Shown one piece after another: positions 61,634 to 64,000 of a stretch of 64,000 nt of DNA. Under the pieces are notes generated by a model that was given only the letters and a program-made list of their open reading frames with translations, made no database searches and was not told where the DNA came from. The number at the start of each line of letters is the position of its first letter. Position 1 is the stretch's first letter. The position numbers were made by a program, and so were the translations under genes. The stretch comes from a plasmid. Location of the stretch: sequence record NZ_CP069608.1. One strand, given 5' to 3'.

Positions 61634-61941
61634 TTAATGTTTGAGATAGAGGAAATCTAAGTGAATATATTTTTGTTTATGGTTCGCATGTTCTATAGCC
61701 TGGTTAAGCAAATAAATAACATGCATATCATCATATGAATAATGGGAATTAACCCCTCGTCTTCTAAAATTGATAAGTTGTAAGGATTTTAAAAATCGTA
61801 ACTGGTGAGATACAGTAAATTGCATCAGAGGAAGCTCATGTGAAATTTCGTTAACTCTAGATAATAAGTGTAAAATCCAAATCTGTGTCGGATCAGATAA
61901 TGCTTTAAAAGTCTGAGAAACACTGTAAAGAGTTTTTTCAT
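61634..61941 (-). pseudogene. ArsR-family HTH regulator interrupted by a +1/-1 frameshift in an A6 run right after the start codon
   Basis: ATGAAAAAACTC: the ATG frame stops after 38 codons. With one extra A the ORF reads [63 protein letters not shown]..., a complete ArsR-type HTH. Confidence 0.5.
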
Positions 61942-62551
61942 CTAGATCAAATTATAGAAATGATTCAACTTTATTTTCTTGTGTATCACTTATATATCTA
62001 CTCCTTTATTTAAAAAAATCTGACTATTGTTTAAAAGTTTAAAGAAATTAGTCTTGTTATAAACTGTTTATTTAGGACATAAAGCGTTTTCTATCTTTAG
62101 TTTAAATTACTCTCTTTGGAAACCAGTAGATTCTCTATCGCATAAATTCTTTTTTTAAAACTTACAACACTAAGGGAAAGCAACAATTCTTATATATCAT
62201 TATTATATAAAATTGAGTGAAATAAAAAAACCAAGGGTTTCTTAGAATAGCCCTTGGCTGTTTGCTAATCCCTATATTTTCTTATTATAAAAATTAATAG
62301 TATTTTGTGTAAAAAACACTATTATGAATCTGTCTATACTCAAATGAGTATTTATGAGTAGATTTTTTATCATAGTTGGCTTTTTTGATGTCTAATATCA
62401 GTTTTAGTTATCATGGTAAGCTTATAATAAAAAATATAACTTTAAATATTTATTTAGTTGCTATTTCTGCTATAGACTCAGTAAAAACCTTCGATAAGCT
62501 CCTCAACATTTTCTCCATTAACAGATATCTTGTTATAGCCAAAGAATCAAG

Positions 62552-62758
62552 TTATTCAATTTCATTATTTACTTTTAAGCGCTCTCCAAGTCCTTTCATG
62601 ACGATCTCAATAAATTCCTTTTCAGTTATATGGCAGAAAGAGTCAGCTGGCTCTAAGACGGCATCTGGACAAACTTTAATTTCCACCATGCCATTAGCTC
62701 CTCGTCTAATCTCTAACCATTTTTGATTGGCTAACTGAAAGGATAAATTTGCGCCCAT
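62552..62758 (-). CDS. Small hypothetical protein (68 aa; two Cys)
   Basis: Strong AGGAGGGAG RBS then ATG. Confidence 0.4.
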   Translation of the reverse strand: MGANLSFQLANQKWLEIRRGANGMVEIKVCPDAVLEPADSFCHITEKEFIEIVMKGLGERLKVNNEIE

Positions 62759-63008
62759 TTGTCTCCCTCCTCTCATGTACGGTTAGTTATTAAAACATGG
62801 ATAAACTGGTTTTTAACACAATTAAATAGAAAAAGAGAATGGTAAATACCTTCTCTTTTGGATACAAAATCATTTATTGTATGATACTCCTCTTCATTCC
62901 GCATTCTCCATATCTTAATATTTTTGTATAAAAATTATGGTTTTATACATTTGATAAAGCAGTTTGTAGACGTCAAGTCGAATTTTACACTTTTTGCTTA
63001 TTTGCTTT

Positions 63009-63767
63009 TTACACTTCTGCTGAAAATACACTTTTTCGATGTTTCATTCGATAACTATCTCCATCCATATGAATGACTTCTACACGATGGAGTAAACGAT
63101 CTAAAATTGCAGTAGTAATTCCTTGATCTCCCATTAGTTCACCCCACTGTTCAGGGCTTTTATTGGATGTAAGAATGATAGAACTTCGTTCATACAAATG
63201 ATTAATTAAATGGAAAAACAAATTTGCTTCTCGCTGATCCATTGCCATGTACATTAAATCATCAATGATAATCAGATCGGCGCCTCTTAATCGCTTTAGC
63301 TGCACTTTTGATTTGTTTAGAAACTCTTCCGTTTTTAAAAGATGAATAAGCTCACCCATAGTTACGAAATAGACGTTGAAACCTCTGTGAATAGACTCAA
63401 CCCCCAAACCAATCGCTAAAAATGTTTTACCAACGCCTGGCGGTCCCAATAAAATTAAATTATACTGCTGCTCAAGCCAGTTTAGCTCTGCGAGCTGGGT
63501 CAATTGACGTCCCGTTAAAGCTGTTTGCTCTTCTAAATTAAATTCACTTAATGACTTCACGTAAGGGAAGTGCGCCCACTTCATTCTTCTTTCTAAACTC
63601 TTTACTTCGCGTTTTCTAAGTTCGTAACGCGTAATAGATTCAAGAAATTCTAAATACGTCCAAGAAGATTTTTCAGCCTCACGTAGGAGCTTTGGTAGCT
63701 CCTCAGCTGTTTCGGATAACCTTAATTGGCGAAAGTGTTCCTGCAAGTCATTTACAGTCTTATTCAC
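63009..63767 (-). CDS. istB: IS21-family helper ATPase IstB (third, distinct copy)
   Basis: GPPGVGKTFLA; LIIIDDLMY. Confidence 0.9.
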   Translation of the reverse strand: MNKTVNDLQEHFRQLRLSETAEELPKLLREAEKSSWTYLEFLESITRYELRKREVKSLERRMKWAHFPYVKSLSEFNLEEQTALTGRQLTQLAELNWLEQQYNLILLGPPGVGKTFLAIGLGVESIHRGFNVYFVTMGELIHLLKTEEFLNKSKVQLKRLRGADLIIIDDLMYMAMDQREANLFFHLINHLYERSSIILTSNKSPEQWGELMGDQGITTAILDRLLHRVEVIHMDGDSYRMKHRKSVFSAEV

Positions 63768-64000
63768 TGTGGGTCACCCCCTAAAATACTTGTGTAAGCA
63801 GTAAGGGAGCGAGTTGTCACTATGATGTTGTCTTTACCTGAATGTTTTATAAAGGGAGGCTTAACCTTTTGGGTACATTCAGTTTGTAATGCATTTTGGT
63901 GGTTTGCGATATCTCGAAAGTCATTGGCGCTGTAAAGTTTATCTATGATGCATTTAGTCAAGGTGGCTTCAATCCACATTGGATATTTCTCAAGGGTGTT
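63764..64000 (-). CDS. istA: IS21-family transposase IstA, C-terminal end (truncated by window)
   Basis: ATGA overlap with istB, typical IS21 arrangement. Confidence 0.75.
   Translation of the reverse strand, partial: NTLEKYPMWIEATLTKCIIDKLYSANDFRDIANHQNALQTECTQKVKPPFIKHSGKDNIIVTTRSLTAYTSILGGDPQ

Larger units (their letters stand above)
62965..64000 (-). mobile_element. IS21-family insertion sequence no. 3 (partial; left end approx 62965; extends beyond window end)
   Basis: IstB + IstA C-terminus; repeated TTTTACAC subterminal motifs near 62980-63050. Confidence 0.6.

Noticed and set aside
62376-62726. 116-aa + strand ORF
   Set aside because: Overlaps the RBS-supported minus-strand 68-aa gene; low-complexity I/S/F-rich translation.
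1-64000. CRISPR arrays, tRNA or rRNA genes
   Set aside because: No regularly spaced direct repeats and no tRNA cloverleaf or rRNA-like segments were recognisable by eye.

Overview
Low-GC Firmicutes (Bacillus-like) DNA: a mosaic of a metal-resistance/accessory island and ordinary chromosomal genes, heavily colonised by mobile elements.

Coordinates 1 to about 31000 look like an integrated plasmid- or ICE-derived island.
- A group II intron whose 5' end (GUGCG) sits at 957 on the minus strand. It interrupts a small ORF after codon 26 and its RT/maturase gene runs off the window start.
- Divergent XRE regulators and a 6-TM histidine kinase / LuxR regulator / alpha/beta-hydrolase cluster.
- A plasmid-like module: two paralogous HTH/coiled-coil proteins, a Rep-like HTH protein preceded by an attenuator hairpin, a ParB-like domain protein and an RHH protein.
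- A dense metal-homeostasis block: CopD, a SAM methyltransferase, cadC-cadA (the CadA has an unusual six-fold CCSS(N/D) N-terminal repeat), a ZIP transporter, two PCYCGC lipoproteins flanking an intact ISL3 element, and CzcD.
- A CzrA-like ArsR regulator with a second Zn/Cd P-type ATPase. Its sigma-A promoter and palindromic operator are duplicated in front of a His-rich double-zinc-ribbon protein gene.

The rest of the window holds a SulP-like permease, an OmpR/HK pair, a GH13 amylase, an intact IS21-family element (istAB, 5-bp TSD) and an orphan histidine kinase. It continues with a second CDF transporter, a tandem YjzC-like protein gene behind a perfect 20-bp inverted repeat, copC-copD, an alkaline phosphatase and a polysaccharide deacetylase. 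Then come qoxABCD, a roughly 500-nt ORF-less region that starts with GUGCG and ends in DV/DVI-like hairpins, and a second, different IS21-family element. The last stretch carries a divergent CtaA-like membrane protein, an M42 peptidase, a ResA/TlpA oxidoreductase, PrsW, an ArsR-family gene broken by a poly-A frameshift, and a third IS21-family element running off the window end.

The observations I rate highest are the shared promoter/operator driving the His-rich zinc-ribbon gene, the Cys-repeat CadA, the intron-interrupted ORF, the two unexplained structured non-coding regions and the Rep attenuator.
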